From assembly GCA_963674755.2 (NCBI GenBank), contig CAXXVS010000003.1, positions 928,001-992,000 of the forward strand: a DNA stretch of 64,000 nucleotides. The letters run 5' to 3'. The position numbers and the translations under genes are program-made. Below the pieces are notes generated by a model that did no database searches, was not told the origin of the DNA, and saw only the letters and a list, made by a program, of their open reading frames with translations. Positions 9,575 through 19,156 of this stretch are shown piece after piece. This stretch comes from Desulfobacterales bacterium. GTDB lineage: Bacteria > Desulfobacterota > Desulfobacteria > Desulfobacterales > UBA5852. The number at the start of each line of letters is the position of its first letter. Position 1 is the stretch's first letter.

Positions 9575-11380
9575 TCATGCGGCCTGCTCCACCGGGATCA
9601 CATGATCACGTGTTGCGGTTTTAGCGTCCGACGACCGTACGGGCAGCCGGATGATAAAATCGGTTCCCTGGTCGACGACGCTCTTCACCTGAATCCGCCC
9701 CCCCAGCCCCTTGATGATGCTGTAACAGATGGACAGCCCCAGGCCCGTTCCCCGCCCCGTAGGCTTGGTGGTGAAGAAGGGATCGAAGACCTTGGACAGG
9801 ACCTCTCCCGACATGCCGGAACCCGTGTCCGAGACCACGATCTCCACGGTTTCGTCGGCTTCCAGGTAGGTGGTGCTGATGGCCACGGATCCATATTGTT
9901 TGCCCTCGTGGGCGTCGATGGCGTTGGTGATGAGGTTCAAAAAGACCTGCTGGAGCTGGGAAATGTCCGACAGGATCGGCGGTACCTCCGGGGACAGCCG
10001 TTCGAAAAAGGTAATGCCGGAAGACTTGGCCTCCCGTTCCATCAGGTCGACGATCTCGCTGATGAAGGCGTTGATATCCACCGTGTCGATGACGGACTGG
10101 GTGCGGCGGGAAAAGCGGAGCAGATTGTGGGTGATGCGCTTGCAGCGCTGGATCTGAACGTCGATCTGGTTCAGGGAATCGTCCAGCTGGGCGCCGAAGG
10201 CCGAATCGAGATGGTCGACCCTTTGGCAGGCGTCCAGCAAAATCTCCCGTTCCGTCGAAATGATGGCCAGGGGATTGTTGATTTCATGGGCCACCCCCAC
10301 CGAGAGTTCGCCGATGGAGGCCATTTTGCTGGCCTGCATAAGCTGACGATTCAAGGTTTCGGCCTTGGCGTCCCGGCGTTTTACCAGGTTCAGCATGTGG
10401 CGGGTGACCAGAACCGTGGCCCCCAGGATGGTGACGGCGCTGATGAGCAGGAAGATCAGCACCGAATAATTGGCCCGGTTCTCGGTTGCAAAGGCTTCGT
10501 CGTAATCCTGCCGGACGACCAGCATCCATTGGGGGGTCTCCAGCCAGGCCGTGGCAACGATCTGGCGCACGGTGCGTTCTCCATTGAAACCGGCGTCAGC
10601 GGCCTCCTGCCGCACCTGGATGCCGGGATGAATGTCGCCCACCTTTATGGCGGCATTTTCCATGATCCGGCCGCTATAGCGGGAAGTGGTCTGGTAGACG
10701 CCTTGCGGGTTGACAAGGAAGACTTCGCCGGTGCGGCCGATCATGACATTCTCCACCAGCGCCCGGAAGGCCTCCGTATCCACGGTGGCCCGCAGGATCC
10801 AGGGACCTGCCGCGTCATTGCCTTTGACCGCGATGATGAAGTGCGGTTCGCGGCGGAACCCCATGAACATGTCGCTGATGAAAATTCCCTTCTCCATGAC
10901 CTGGCCGAACCAATGCGTCGTGCGATAGTTTTTATCCAGCAGGTCGTAGGGCCCTACATACGCCAGATGCCGGCCTTCGCCGTCGATGACCCCGAGATCG
11001 GTCACGTTCCAGTGCTCCTGATTGAACAGGTCGAAAACGGTCCGCAACCGCCCGGGCTGAACCAGATCCTGACGGTCATGGGTCTGGGCGATGAGTTCCA
11101 GTTTGGCGCGATGTTCCTTCAAGAACAATTGGATGACTTTGCGATGGTGCTGGACCTCGTTGCGGAAGGCGGTCATGATGCGCGTCTCGGCTGAACGCTG
11201 GTAGCGATGGCTGATCACCCACCCCACCAGGAGCAGGGGCACCACCGAGCAGACCAGCGTCAGGAGGACAAACCGTTTGAAAAGCCGTTTGTAGCGATGG
11301 CTCTGATCGCTATCGGAAACCGTCGTGCTGGCAGGATCGGAAACGTTTGCAGGTAAGTCCGGCATGCGGCCTCCTTGCAT
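9575..11380 (-). CDS. Membrane sensor histidine kinase (periplasmic Cache-like domain)
   Basis: Two TM segments; H-box GVAHEINNPL; N-box QQVFLNLITNA; DTGSG; FFTTK; GTGLGL. Start could be 11365. Confidence 0.92.
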   Translation of the reverse strand: MQGGRMPDLPANVSDPASTTVSDSDQSHRYKRLFKRFVLLTLVCSVVPLLLVGWVISHRYQRSAETRIMTAFRNEVQHHRKVIQLFLKEHRAKLELIAQTHDRQDLVQPGRLRTVFDLFNQEHWNVTDLGVIDGEGRHLAYVGPYDLLDKNYRTTHWFGQVMEKGIFISDMFMGFRREPHFIIAVKGNDAAGPWILRATVDTEAFRALVENVMIGRTGEVFLVNPQGVYQTTSRYSGRIMENAAIKVGDIHPGIQVRQEAADAGFNGERTVRQIVATAWLETPQWMLVVRQDYDEAFATENRANYSVLIFLLISAVTILGATVLVTRHMLNLVKRRDAKAETLNRQLMQASKMASIGELSVGVAHEINNPLAIISTEREILLDACQRVDHLDSAFGAQLDDSLNQIDVQIQRCKRITHNLLRFSRRTQSVIDTVDINAFISEIVDLMEREAKSSGITFFERLSPEVPPILSDISQLQQVFLNLITNAIDAHEGKQYGSVAISTTYLEADETVEIVVSDTGSGMSGEVLSKVFDPFFTTKPTGRGTGLGLSICYSIIKGLGGRIQVKSVVDQGTDFIIRLPVRSSDAKTATRDHVIPVEQAA

Positions 11381-11457
11381 CTATTCGCTGGGTTGCTCTG
11401 CAGCATTGATCCCCGGCTTTGATCGAACCGGGACTCTCCAAGATAGGGGTATCCAAA

Positions 11458-11472
11458 TCAAGAAATGTGCCA
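11458..11472 (-). promoter_or_regulatory. sigma54 (-24/-12) promoter for the HK-RR-ykvA genes
   Basis: Minus strand reads TGGCACATTTCTTGA (TGGCAC-N5-TTGA, -12 variant). Confidence 0.65.
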
Positions 11473-11564
11473 AACAGCGCGGTGCTCAACATTTTATTTG
11501 TTCCCATAATTTTAGATGGTTAGTGTTTTTCATAGTGGGTTGGGAGCGTTCCTGGCAGGGCCGC

Positions 11565-11583
11565 TGTCCACTGGCGGATGACA
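11565..11583. promoter_or_regulatory. Putative upstream activator sequence TGTC-N11-GACA
   Basis: TGTCCACTGGCGGATGACA, 92 bp upstream of the sigma54 promoter. Confidence 0.6.
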
Positions 11584-11652
11584 GGGGTGTCTCTCTGCCG
11601 GGCGGCGGACCCCGGCGGAAGCGGCCGGCGTCCGGGCTTCCGGGGAACGCCA

Positions 11653-13914
11653 TCAGACCAGCCGGGGCCAGAAGGGCTTCTGGACTTCAAGCACCATGGC
11701 GATGGCGGAGGGGAGATGGGCGGCCGGCGTGTTTCCGGGGGGGGCCGCATCGCGGCGTCCGGAACCGGTGATGCACAGCTCCTGAAGAAACCGCAGTCCG
11801 CATTCTTCGATGCCTTTGACGCTGTAGCCGCCCTCCAGGATAAAGGCGATGCGCCCGCGGCAAACCAGCTCGGCCATTTGGATCAGCAGGGCGGTGAGGG
11901 TGCCATAGCCGGCCGGAGACACCTGCATGCCCCCCAGCCGGTCATGCCGGTAGAGATCGAACCCCAGGGAAACCAGGATGAAATCGGGTTCGAATTGGCG
12001 GGCCAGGGGCACGATAACGCGTCGGACGGCGCAGATGAAATCCCGGTCTCCGGCGCCTTTGGGCAGCGGAATATTGACCGTGAACCCTTTTCCCGGTCCG
12101 CGGCCGACCTCCCCCAGGTTCCCGGTGCCCGGATAGGCCGGGAAACGATGGGTGGAGACATACAATACGGTGTCGTCTTCATAAAAAGCCGTTTGGATGC
12201 CGTTGCCGTGGTGGGCGTCCAGATCGACGATCATGATTCGGTGCAGGCCATGGTTGTTTTGCAGATACCGCGCGGCCAGAGCGGCATTGTTGAGCAGGCA
12301 GAAACCCATGGCCCGGTCCGGTTCGGCGTGGTGCCCGGGCGGGCGTACGGCGGCCATCCCACGGGTTGCCCGGCCGTCGCAGATCCCGTCCAGCAGGTGA
12401 AAAACGCCTCCCACGGCCAGACAGGCCACTTCCCATGAGCGGGCCGTGGTCTGGGTGTCCAGATCCAGGGTGACCAGTTGCCGGCCGGCGGTTCGTTCCA
12501 ACCGGTCCAGGTAGTCGCTGGTATGGATCCAGAGCAGTTGCTCGCGTTCGGCCGGTGCCGCCATCAGCGAATGCCAGCGACCGGCAACGCTCGGGTGGGC
12601 CAGTGCCCGTTGGAAGGCCTCGAACCGTTTGGGGCTTTCCAGGTGAAACACATGCTGCAGATGCAGGGCGAAGCGCGGATCGTCGACCACCAGGATGGTG
12701 GTTTGGGTATCGGGTTCCGTGCCGGCGATTTTCACCCGGCAGGCCCGGGTGGCGAAATCGATAAGCGATGCGGCTTCGGGTATCCGGCGTTCGTTTTTCA
12801 GCAGAAGCGCCAGGGCCGTGGTCGCCGGATAAGGTTGGCGGTCGCACATGAGGCAGTGCTTGATAAACGCCAAACGCCATGGACGGCGGAGGTTGTGATC
12901 CGGTTTGCATAGGGCCTTGAGGGTGTTCTCGATGTAGCGTTCCAGCTTGGGCCGCACCCGACCGATGGGCGTCCGTTCATCGTCGGCCATGTCGGCAATG
13001 GCGGACAACAGATAGCCGCGCGGGGTTTTCAGGACGAACCGGCACAGCCGCTGTTCCTGGAAACCGCAGTCCCGATAAAATTGCTGGGCGCCCACCTCGC
13101 CGTCCAGAAAAATATGACGGACCTGGGGGAGCAGGGCCTGCCACAGCATCCAGGCACCCGCCACCAAAAAGGTGCCGACCCCCTGAGGGGGCTGCTGGAT
13201 ATCCTCCTGGTGCGGCATGCGCCGGGCAATATAGCGGATTTCAAGACGGGTATTGGCGACTTGCCGGTGCAACTCGAGCTTGACGAGCCCCCAAATGTCC
13301 TGCTGCACGATGCAGGCGAAGATCCAGGGCAAGGTCCCGTCCGTCCAGCTCTCCAGAACAAACCGGACGTCGAAGAATTCGAAGCGCTGCGCGGCCATTT
13401 GGGACAGGGTTGCCCGGTTGAGGGGCAGGGGAATGAAGCGGGCCGGTTGGCCGCCGGCCAGGTGGCCGCTGAAATGCGGTCCGTCGGCGCGGAAGTCCGG
13501 CATGCGCAGGGCGGCGTCCAGATCGGCGGGCACCTTCGGCAGACGCCGCAGCTCATGGTTCACAAGGGCGGCGGCCCCGGCCTGGCGCATATCGCCGGCC
13601 AGCTGCCGTACGTTGCCGGATATCCAGGCGGTGGTGCAGGCGTGCTTTTGCCGGAGTTCCCCCAGTTTGAAGACCAGCGATTGTTCCAGGATGGGGATGC
13701 CGCGGGCCACAAAGGCGGTTTTGGGGATGTCCACCCGTTCCCCGTCGAAATAGTAATGGAAAGAACGCGTACCCGCCACCTGATCACGGGCCTGTTCAGA
13801 AGCCGGGACCGTAATGCGGTGTGCATCGAACAGGCCCCTGAGTCCTAAACCGGCGGCCGGATCAACGGCGTTGACAGCGGCGATGGCCGCCTGGAGATGT
13901 TCGGGCTTGATCAT
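11653..13914 (-). CDS. Fusion protein: uncharacterised N-terminal region + GNAT-like acetyltransferase domain + Zn-dependent HDAC/AcuC-family deacylase
   Basis: C-terminal RPPGHHA, GFCLLNN, DLDAHHGNG, YPGTG, GFDLYRHD, LEGGY (full HDAC catalytic set). Central LEIRYIA...QGVGTFLV...HIFLDG...AQQFYRDCGF matches GNAT motif A/B. Confidence 0.85.
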   Translation of the reverse strand: MIKPEHLQAAIAAVNAVDPAAGLGLRGLFDAHRITVPASEQARDQVAGTRSFHYYFDGERVDIPKTAFVARGIPILEQSLVFKLGELRQKHACTTAWISGNVRQLAGDMRQAGAAALVNHELRRLPKVPADLDAALRMPDFRADGPHFSGHLAGGQPARFIPLPLNRATLSQMAAQRFEFFDVRFVLESWTDGTLPWIFACIVQQDIWGLVKLELHRQVANTRLEIRYIARRMPHQEDIQQPPQGVGTFLVAGAWMLWQALLPQVRHIFLDGEVGAQQFYRDCGFQEQRLCRFVLKTPRGYLLSAIADMADDERTPIGRVRPKLERYIENTLKALCKPDHNLRRPWRLAFIKHCLMCDRQPYPATTALALLLKNERRIPEAASLIDFATRACRVKIAGTEPDTQTTILVVDDPRFALHLQHVFHLESPKRFEAFQRALAHPSVAGRWHSLMAAPAEREQLLWIHTSDYLDRLERTAGRQLVTLDLDTQTTARSWEVACLAVGGVFHLLDGICDGRATRGMAAVRPPGHHAEPDRAMGFCLLNNAALAARYLQNNHGLHRIMIVDLDAHHGNGIQTAFYEDDTVLYVSTHRFPAYPGTGNLGEVGRGPGKGFTVNIPLPKGAGDRDFICAVRRVIVPLARQFEPDFILVSLGFDLYRHDRLGGMQVSPAGYGTLTALLIQMAELVCRGRIAFILEGGYSVKGIEECGLRFLQELCITGSGRRDAAPPGNTPAAHLPSAIAMVLEVQKPFWPRLV

Positions 13915-13920
13915 GGCCCA

Positions 13921-14808
13921 TCATTCCGCAAGCGGTTCACCGGCATCGACATGGGCATCGTCCAGGTAAATCAGTACATCCCGCAGCCGAACCACCCCCA
14001 GGACCCGCCGGTTCGCATCGGTTACCGGCAATGTGCGAAACCCCTTGTCCATCATAAGCGCGGCAACTTCCCGCAACGGGGTTTGAGGCGTCACGGCAAT
14101 GGTTTCCCGCTGCATCACCGCGGCCACGGTTTTATCCGGCAGCCATTGGGGATTGGCGGAAAGTTCCTGCCAGGTGGGCATGACGCCCGTGTCGGGCCGC
14201 GCGACCTGGCGGACGATGTCCTGTTTACTCAAATGGCCGCTCAGGCAGCCCTCGGCATCCACGATGAAAAGGGTTTCGCCCGCCATCCGGGGCAGTCGGT
14301 GGTTGAAAACGGAGAAGGCTTCCAAGAGGGGATCGGCATCCTCGATCCGGCGAAAGGCCTCCAGGATCAATTCCCCGGCGGTCGAACGCGGCCACAGGAT
14401 GGGACGGCGTCGAATTTGTCCGATGGTACAGGCCACCTCCAATTTGGCCACCAGGTCCTCGATGCTGCAGGGTTTCATGAGATAATCGAAAGCCCCCTGC
14501 CGGATGGCCTCGATCCCGGTTTCCAGGGAGGCATGACCGGTCAGCATGATGACCGGCGGTGGCGAGGCCTTTTGCTGGATACGGCCCAGGGCGGTCAGGC
14601 CGTCCATCAGGGGCATGCGGATATCCAACACCAGGACATCAAAAGGCTGGTGGTCGATCAATTCCAGGGCCCGGCGGCCGTCACCGGCCGTGGCGACCTG
14701 GAAATGGTGTCTTTCCAGAAGCCTGCGCATCTGCGTGCAGAACCGCTCCTCATCGTCCACCAGCAGCACCCGCCGGGGCGGCGTGGTTTTTAGCGAGGCC
14801 TGTTCCAT
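13921..14808 (-). CDS. Response regulator with REC + tandem CBS domains
   Basis: LLVDDE, VLDIRMP, LTGH, KP; then two CBS-like repeats (LFIVDAEGCLSGHLSKQD; TLPVTDANRRVLGVVRLRD); 6-bp gap to the deacetylase fusion. Confidence 0.9.
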   Translation of the reverse strand: MEQASLKTTPPRRVLLVDDEERFCTQMRRLLERHHFQVATAGDGRRALELIDHQPFDVLVLDIRMPLMDGLTALGRIQQKASPPPVIMLTGHASLETGIEAIRQGAFDYLMKPCSIEDLVAKLEVACTIGQIRRRPILWPRSTAGELILEAFRRIEDADPLLEAFSVFNHRLPRMAGETLFIVDAEGCLSGHLSKQDIVRQVARPDTGVMPTWQELSANPQWLPDKTVAAVMQRETIAVTPQTPLREVAALMMDKGFRTLPVTDANRRVLGVVRLRDVLIYLDDAHVDAGEPLAE

Positions 14809-15045
14809 GGCATAGTCCTTTCCGGGATCCAGAGGATCATCCCACAGCCTTCAATCCGCCAATGGCGGACAAGGGGTTAATTCCCTGCCGCTTACGGCGT
14901 CACATGGCCTTCATCGATACCCCGCTGTCTTGCGGCGGGGCAGTTCATTTTTGCCGGCACCATCTCAAGCAAGGCCCTATCTGGTGCATGGCCCCCTCCT
15001 GGTCGATGCCCGTCGCATACCACCCGTAGACACAAATCCGGCGTT

Positions 15046-15064
15046 TGTCCATTGCGGATGGACA
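15046..15064. promoter_or_regulatory. Perfect palindromic activator site TGTCCAT-N5-ATGGACA
   Basis: TGTCCATTGCGGATGGACA in the divergent intergenic region, 106 bp before a sigma54 promoter. Confidence 0.65.
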
Positions 15065-15170
15065 CCGCAGCGTAAAAGCGCCAACATCGACGGGCCGCTC
15101 CGGTACGCGGAAGCCCCATCCTGCTGGTTGCGGGACCGTTTAAGGATCGAAACGGCCCAATTGACCGGGA

Positions 15171-15186
15171 TGGCACTCGGTTTGCA
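15171..15186 (+). promoter_or_regulatory. sigma54 promoter for the CBS micro-protein gene
   Basis: TGGCACTCGGTTTGCA, canonical GG-N10-GC. Confidence 0.75.
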
Positions 15187-15294
15187 GTCGCGTTAGATCA
15201 ACGTCGGCGCGCCGCCGATCACCTTCCCCCTGATGCGGCGTGAGGCCTGGACCACATGACAGCCCACCTGACGCAGACGATCTTTCCCGGGGGC

Positions 15295-15519
15295 ATGATG
15301 GACACCCGTACCCTGAGCAATGTCCGCGAGATCCTTCTTCCGTATTCCGGTGACCTGCCGTTGACGCCCGCGGTCAGCATCGAGGATTCGATCTCCAGAG
15401 TCATCGAGGTCATGGTCCGGCACAATGTACGCATCCTGCCCGTATTCCGCGATAAGCGCCCCGTAGGGCAGGTGCGTATGCAAGATGCGTTTGCCATCCT
15501 GGGCATCCGGATGCCCTGA
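15295..15519 (+). CDS. Small single-CBS-domain protein (~74 aa)
   Basis: VSIEDSISRVIEVMVRHNVRILPVFRDKRPVGQVRMQD is a CBS repeat; start ATG 15295/15298 (track start 15256). Confidence 0.75.
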   Translation: MMDTRTLSNVREILLPYSGDLPLTPAVSIEDSISRVIEVMVRHNVRILPVFRDKRPVGQVRMQDAFAILGIRMP

Positions 15520-15575
15520 GTCGATTCGGACACGATAGATGGAAGGATCCTCGGACGATTGCTTGGCCCATCCTT

Positions 15576-17024
15576 CTATACCGGAGAGGCATCCATCTCC
15601 GGCGCATCGGCTTCCCCGTCGGCCAGTTCTTTATAGTCCTCGGTCACGAGTCCCGCTTCTTTCATGAGACGGTGCAGGTACTGGCGCTGGATGCCTGCCT
15701 TCAGGGCGGCCCGGCTCACATTGCCGCCATTGTCACGCAGCAGATGATCGATATACTGCCGGTGAAAGATCGCGATCATCTGCTCCTTGGCATCCTTGAA
15801 TGCCAGCTGACGAAGGTCGGGCGGGAGGGTATAGGGCCCCTCCGGCGCTTCCGGGGCTTGGTCAAGGAAAAGATCGGCGGTTCGCAGCGTCGCGGTCCGG
15901 CAGAAAATGACGCCCCGTTCGATGATATTTTCCAATTCCCGCACGTTGCCGGGATAATCAAGCGTCATGAGCCGTTGCATGGCCCGCGGGCTGATGGCGG
16001 TAATGGCCTTTTGGTTGAGGACGGCATATTTTTTTAGGAAGTGCTGACCGAGCAGAGGAATATCGCCACGCCGGGCCGCCAGGGGCGGCAATTCGATATT
16101 GATCACATTGAGGCGGTAATAGAGATCCTCCCGGAAGTTCCCCCGGGCGATTTCTTCCTTGAGGAGGCGATTGGTGGCCGCAATGAAGCGGATGTCGGCC
16201 TTGCGGGTGGCATTGCCGCCTACGGGCCGGTATTCGCCTTCCTGGAGCAGGCGGAGCATCTTGGTCTGCAGGACGGGGCTCAGGTCGCCGATTTCATCCA
16301 GAAACAAGGTGCCGCCATGGGCGTCTTCGGCCAGGCCGCGCTTGTCTTTCCAGGCGCTGGTAAAGGCGCCCTTCAGGTGACCGAAAAGTTCGCTTTCGAG
16401 CACGTTTTCCGGAATGACGGTGCAGTTGAGGGTGACGAAACGCTTCGTGCGGCGGCGGCTATGGTCATGCAAGGCTTTGGCCACCAATTCCTTGCCGGTT
16501 CCGCTGGGGCCGGTGATGAGGACGGTGCCCTGGGTGGGGGCGACCTGGCGGATGCGTTCGAAAATGTCGTGCATCACCGGCGTCGTCCCCAGCAGCGCGG
16601 CAAACCCGTTCCGCTGGCCCAAGGCCTCCCGCAGGGCGTGATTTTCACGGCTGACGGTCTGAAAACTCATCACGTTTTCGATGGTCACCAGGATGCGTTC
16701 GCGGCGGAAGGGTTTGGTGATGAAATCGCAGGCCCCCTTGCGGGTGGCTTCGACCGCCGTATCGATGGTCCCGAAGGCGGTCATGACCACCACCGCCAGG
16801 GCCGGGTCGACCGACTTGACCTTTTCCAGCAGGCGCAGGCCGTCCATTCCGGGCATCTTGAGATCCGTTATCACCATATCGAAACCGCCGGTCTTGACCT
16901 TTTCCAAGGCGTCCAGGGGGTCATGGGTGGTGACCACTTTGTGGCGGGTTTCTTCGCTGATGATGCGCTCGATCAACAGCAACATATCCCGTTCATCGTC
17001 CACGATCAGGATGCTTCCTCTCAT
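15576..17024 (-). CDS. sigma54-dependent response regulator (REC-AAA+-HTH, NtrC family)
   Basis: IVDDE/TDLKMP; Walker A GPSGTGKE; ESELFGH-GAFTSA; LFLDEI; FREDLYYRL; PGNVREL; Fis-like HTH. Confidence 0.95.
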   Translation of the reverse strand: MRGSILIVDDERDMLLLIERIISEETRHKVVTTHDPLDALEKVKTGGFDMVITDLKMPGMDGLRLLEKVKSVDPALAVVVMTAFGTIDTAVEATRKGACDFITKPFRRERILVTIENVMSFQTVSRENHALREALGQRNGFAALLGTTPVMHDIFERIRQVAPTQGTVLITGPSGTGKELVAKALHDHSRRRTKRFVTLNCTVIPENVLESELFGHLKGAFTSAWKDKRGLAEDAHGGTLFLDEIGDLSPVLQTKMLRLLQEGEYRPVGGNATRKADIRFIAATNRLLKEEIARGNFREDLYYRLNVINIELPPLAARRGDIPLLGQHFLKKYAVLNQKAITAISPRAMQRLMTLDYPGNVRELENIIERGVIFCRTATLRTADLFLDQAPEAPEGPYTLPPDLRQLAFKDAKEQMIAIFHRQYIDHLLRDNGGNVSRAALKAGIQRQYLHRLMKEAGLVTEDYKELADGEADAPEMDASPV

Positions 17025-19156
17025 ACGGCCTCCTGCTGACGTTGGGGCAATTTTACGATGAAGGTGGTACCACTCCGCTCCCGGCCGCCTGAATCGCGGC
17101 TTTCACAGTGAATGGATCCGCCGAAGCTGGTGATGATGCCGTAACTGACAAACAGTCCCAGCCCGGTTCCCTCGCCTTCGGGTTTGGTCGTGAAAAAGGG
17201 TTCGTAGATGCGGTCCAGGTCGGCCTCGGGGATGCCGCGGCCGGTGTCCGATACCTTGACGACCGCATTCCGGCTGCTTTTGTCGAAAGATGCGCGGATG
17301 GTCAGCAGGCCGCCGTCGGGCATGGCCGCCACGGCGTTGTTCATGAGATTGAGAAAGACCTGCTGAAGCTGCCGGCAGTCGCCCCGCACGGCGGGCAGCC
17401 GACGGGCGATGTCGGTTTTGAGGGTGACGGTGCGTCGTTCAATGCTGTGGCGGGCCACCTTGATGATTTCCTCCAGACAGTGATGCAGATCGGTGCTTTC
17501 CTCGGACACCTTGCGGTCCCGGGCGAAGCTGAGCAGATTGTCGACAATTTCTTTGCAGTGCAGTCCCTGCCGTTCGATGATTTTCAAGTCGTCATAGGCT
17601 TGGCTGCCCGGCGGCTGCTTGCGAACCAGCAGGTCGCAAAACCCCAGGATGACGCCCAAGGGGTTGTTGATCTCATGGGCCACCCCGGCCGCCAGGGTCC
17701 CCAGGGCGGCCAGTTTTTCGGTGGCGATCAGGTTGCGCTGCAAGGTTTTATTCTCGGTGATATCCCGTGCGATGCACAGGGCGGCATGGATTTCGCCGGC
17801 TTCGTTTTTCAACGGCATATAGTTGGCATTGAGCCATACCGCAGGATCCACGGACCGGATTTCGATTTCTTCGCGGACACTGCGCCCGGTGGCGAAAACC
17901 TGTTGAACGGCCTTGATGTTGCGCTGCCCCACATCGTCGCTCAGCAGATCGGCCAGGGGGCGGTCCACTAGGTTGTCGGGATCGCTGCCGAAGAAATGGG
18001 CCGTGTAGCTGTTGACGGATTTCAAGCGGACGGCGGCATCCAGGGTGAAGATAAAGTCCTCGGCGCTCTCGATGAGCAGACGGTATTTTTCCTCCGAGCG
18101 TTTCAGCGCCTGGGTGCGGACTGCCACCAGTTTTTCCAGGCGACGGGAGAAACGGATTTCGAACAGGAACAAAGCCGCGGCCGCCGCTGCCACGACCAGG
18201 ATCATCAGGGCCTGGAGCATCAGCTGCCAGCGATGGATCTTGCCGACGGTGTCTGCGATTTCGTGGGTCGGGGCGACCACCGCGACACTCCAAAACTGGC
18301 GGGGTGTCTGGGCAACGTGAATGGGGCAATAGGCGATCAGCTTGGCAATTTCGCCGGTGAGCCCCCTGTGCCAGCCCGATTGATAGGTTCCGGTGCCTTC
18401 CCGGCCTTGCAGCATCTCTTCCTTCTGGATGTGATCGATTTGGACGAAGTCCAGATCGGGATAGGTTTCCTGACGTGCTTCGAAGACGCTGCGGCCGATA
18501 TAATCCGTGAAGGGATGATAGAGGAAACGGCCCTGATCGTCGATGATCCATGCATAGCCGCTGTTGCCGGAGCGAATGTTCTTGAGGAGCGGGGTGAGAA
18601 ACCAGGCCAGGTCGACCTTCAGCAGGAGCAATTGCTCCCGGCGGCGGTCCAGCGCGGTTGCCAGGGACAGGATCATCCGGGAACCGCTTACGCGGGGGCG
18701 GACCACGCTGATTTCACCCGGTTCCGGCAGCGTTGCCATGGCCGGCATGGGCCGTGCCGAGGCGGCCGATTGGACGGCGGAACCATAAGCATACACCCAT
18801 AGCGTATCGGCGCTCCGGTTCCAGACCTGAATTTCCATGACCCCGGCCTTGCCCAATCGCTCCAGTTCGATTGGCAGGTAGGCCTGCTGTTCGGCCGGAC
18901 CCGGCGGCGCCGCCGTGATCCTTACGGCCAGTTGCAGCAGCTCTTCCTCCAGGATACCGAGGGATTGTTCCACCAGCATCTGGGTGCTGCGCGCTACGGC
19001 GAGCTGCTCCTGGTTGAACTGATCGCTGACGAGCATGACCATCTGTCGCCCGAATCGAATCTGTACCACGGTGGCCACCAACAGGGTTACGGCCGCGGCG
19101 GCCACGATAATCCAGGCGGGCCCCTGTCGGGGATTCATGTGTGCGATCGTGTCCAT
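17021..19156 (-). CDS. Cache/PAS sensor histidine kinase
   Basis: TM, SGYAWIIDDQGRFLYHP (Cache), TM, PAS, GVAHEINNPL, FFTTKPEGEGTGLGL; 4-bp ATGA overlap with the sigma54 regulator. Confidence 0.93.
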   Translation of the reverse strand: MDTIAHMNPRQGPAWIIVAAAAVTLLVATVVQIRFGRQMVMLVSDQFNQEQLAVARSTQMLVEQSLGILEEELLQLAVRITAAPPGPAEQQAYLPIELERLGKAGVMEIQVWNRSADTLWVYAYGSAVQSAASARPMPAMATLPEPGEISVVRPRVSGSRMILSLATALDRRREQLLLLKVDLAWFLTPLLKNIRSGNSGYAWIIDDQGRFLYHPFTDYIGRSVFEARQETYPDLDFVQIDHIQKEEMLQGREGTGTYQSGWHRGLTGEIAKLIAYCPIHVAQTPRQFWSVAVVAPTHEIADTVGKIHRWQLMLQALMILVVAAAAAALFLFEIRFSRRLEKLVAVRTQALKRSEEKYRLLIESAEDFIFTLDAAVRLKSVNSYTAHFFGSDPDNLVDRPLADLLSDDVGQRNIKAVQQVFATGRSVREEIEIRSVDPAVWLNANYMPLKNEAGEIHAALCIARDITENKTLQRNLIATEKLAALGTLAAGVAHEINNPLGVILGFCDLLVRKQPPGSQAYDDLKIIERQGLHCKEIVDNLLSFARDRKVSEESTDLHHCLEEIIKVARHSIERRTVTLKTDIARRLPAVRGDCRQLQQVFLNLMNNAVAAMPDGGLLTIRASFDKSSRNAVVKVSDTGRGIPEADLDRIYEPFFTTKPEGEGTGLGLFVSYGIITSFGGSIHCESRDSGGRERSGTTFIVKLPQRQQEAV

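Noticed and set aside
14940..14956. Possible sigma54 promoter for the REC-CBS/GNAT-HDAC operon (CGGCAAAAATGAACTGC)
   Set aside because: GG-to-GC spacing is 12, not 10; this operon's promoter remains unidentified
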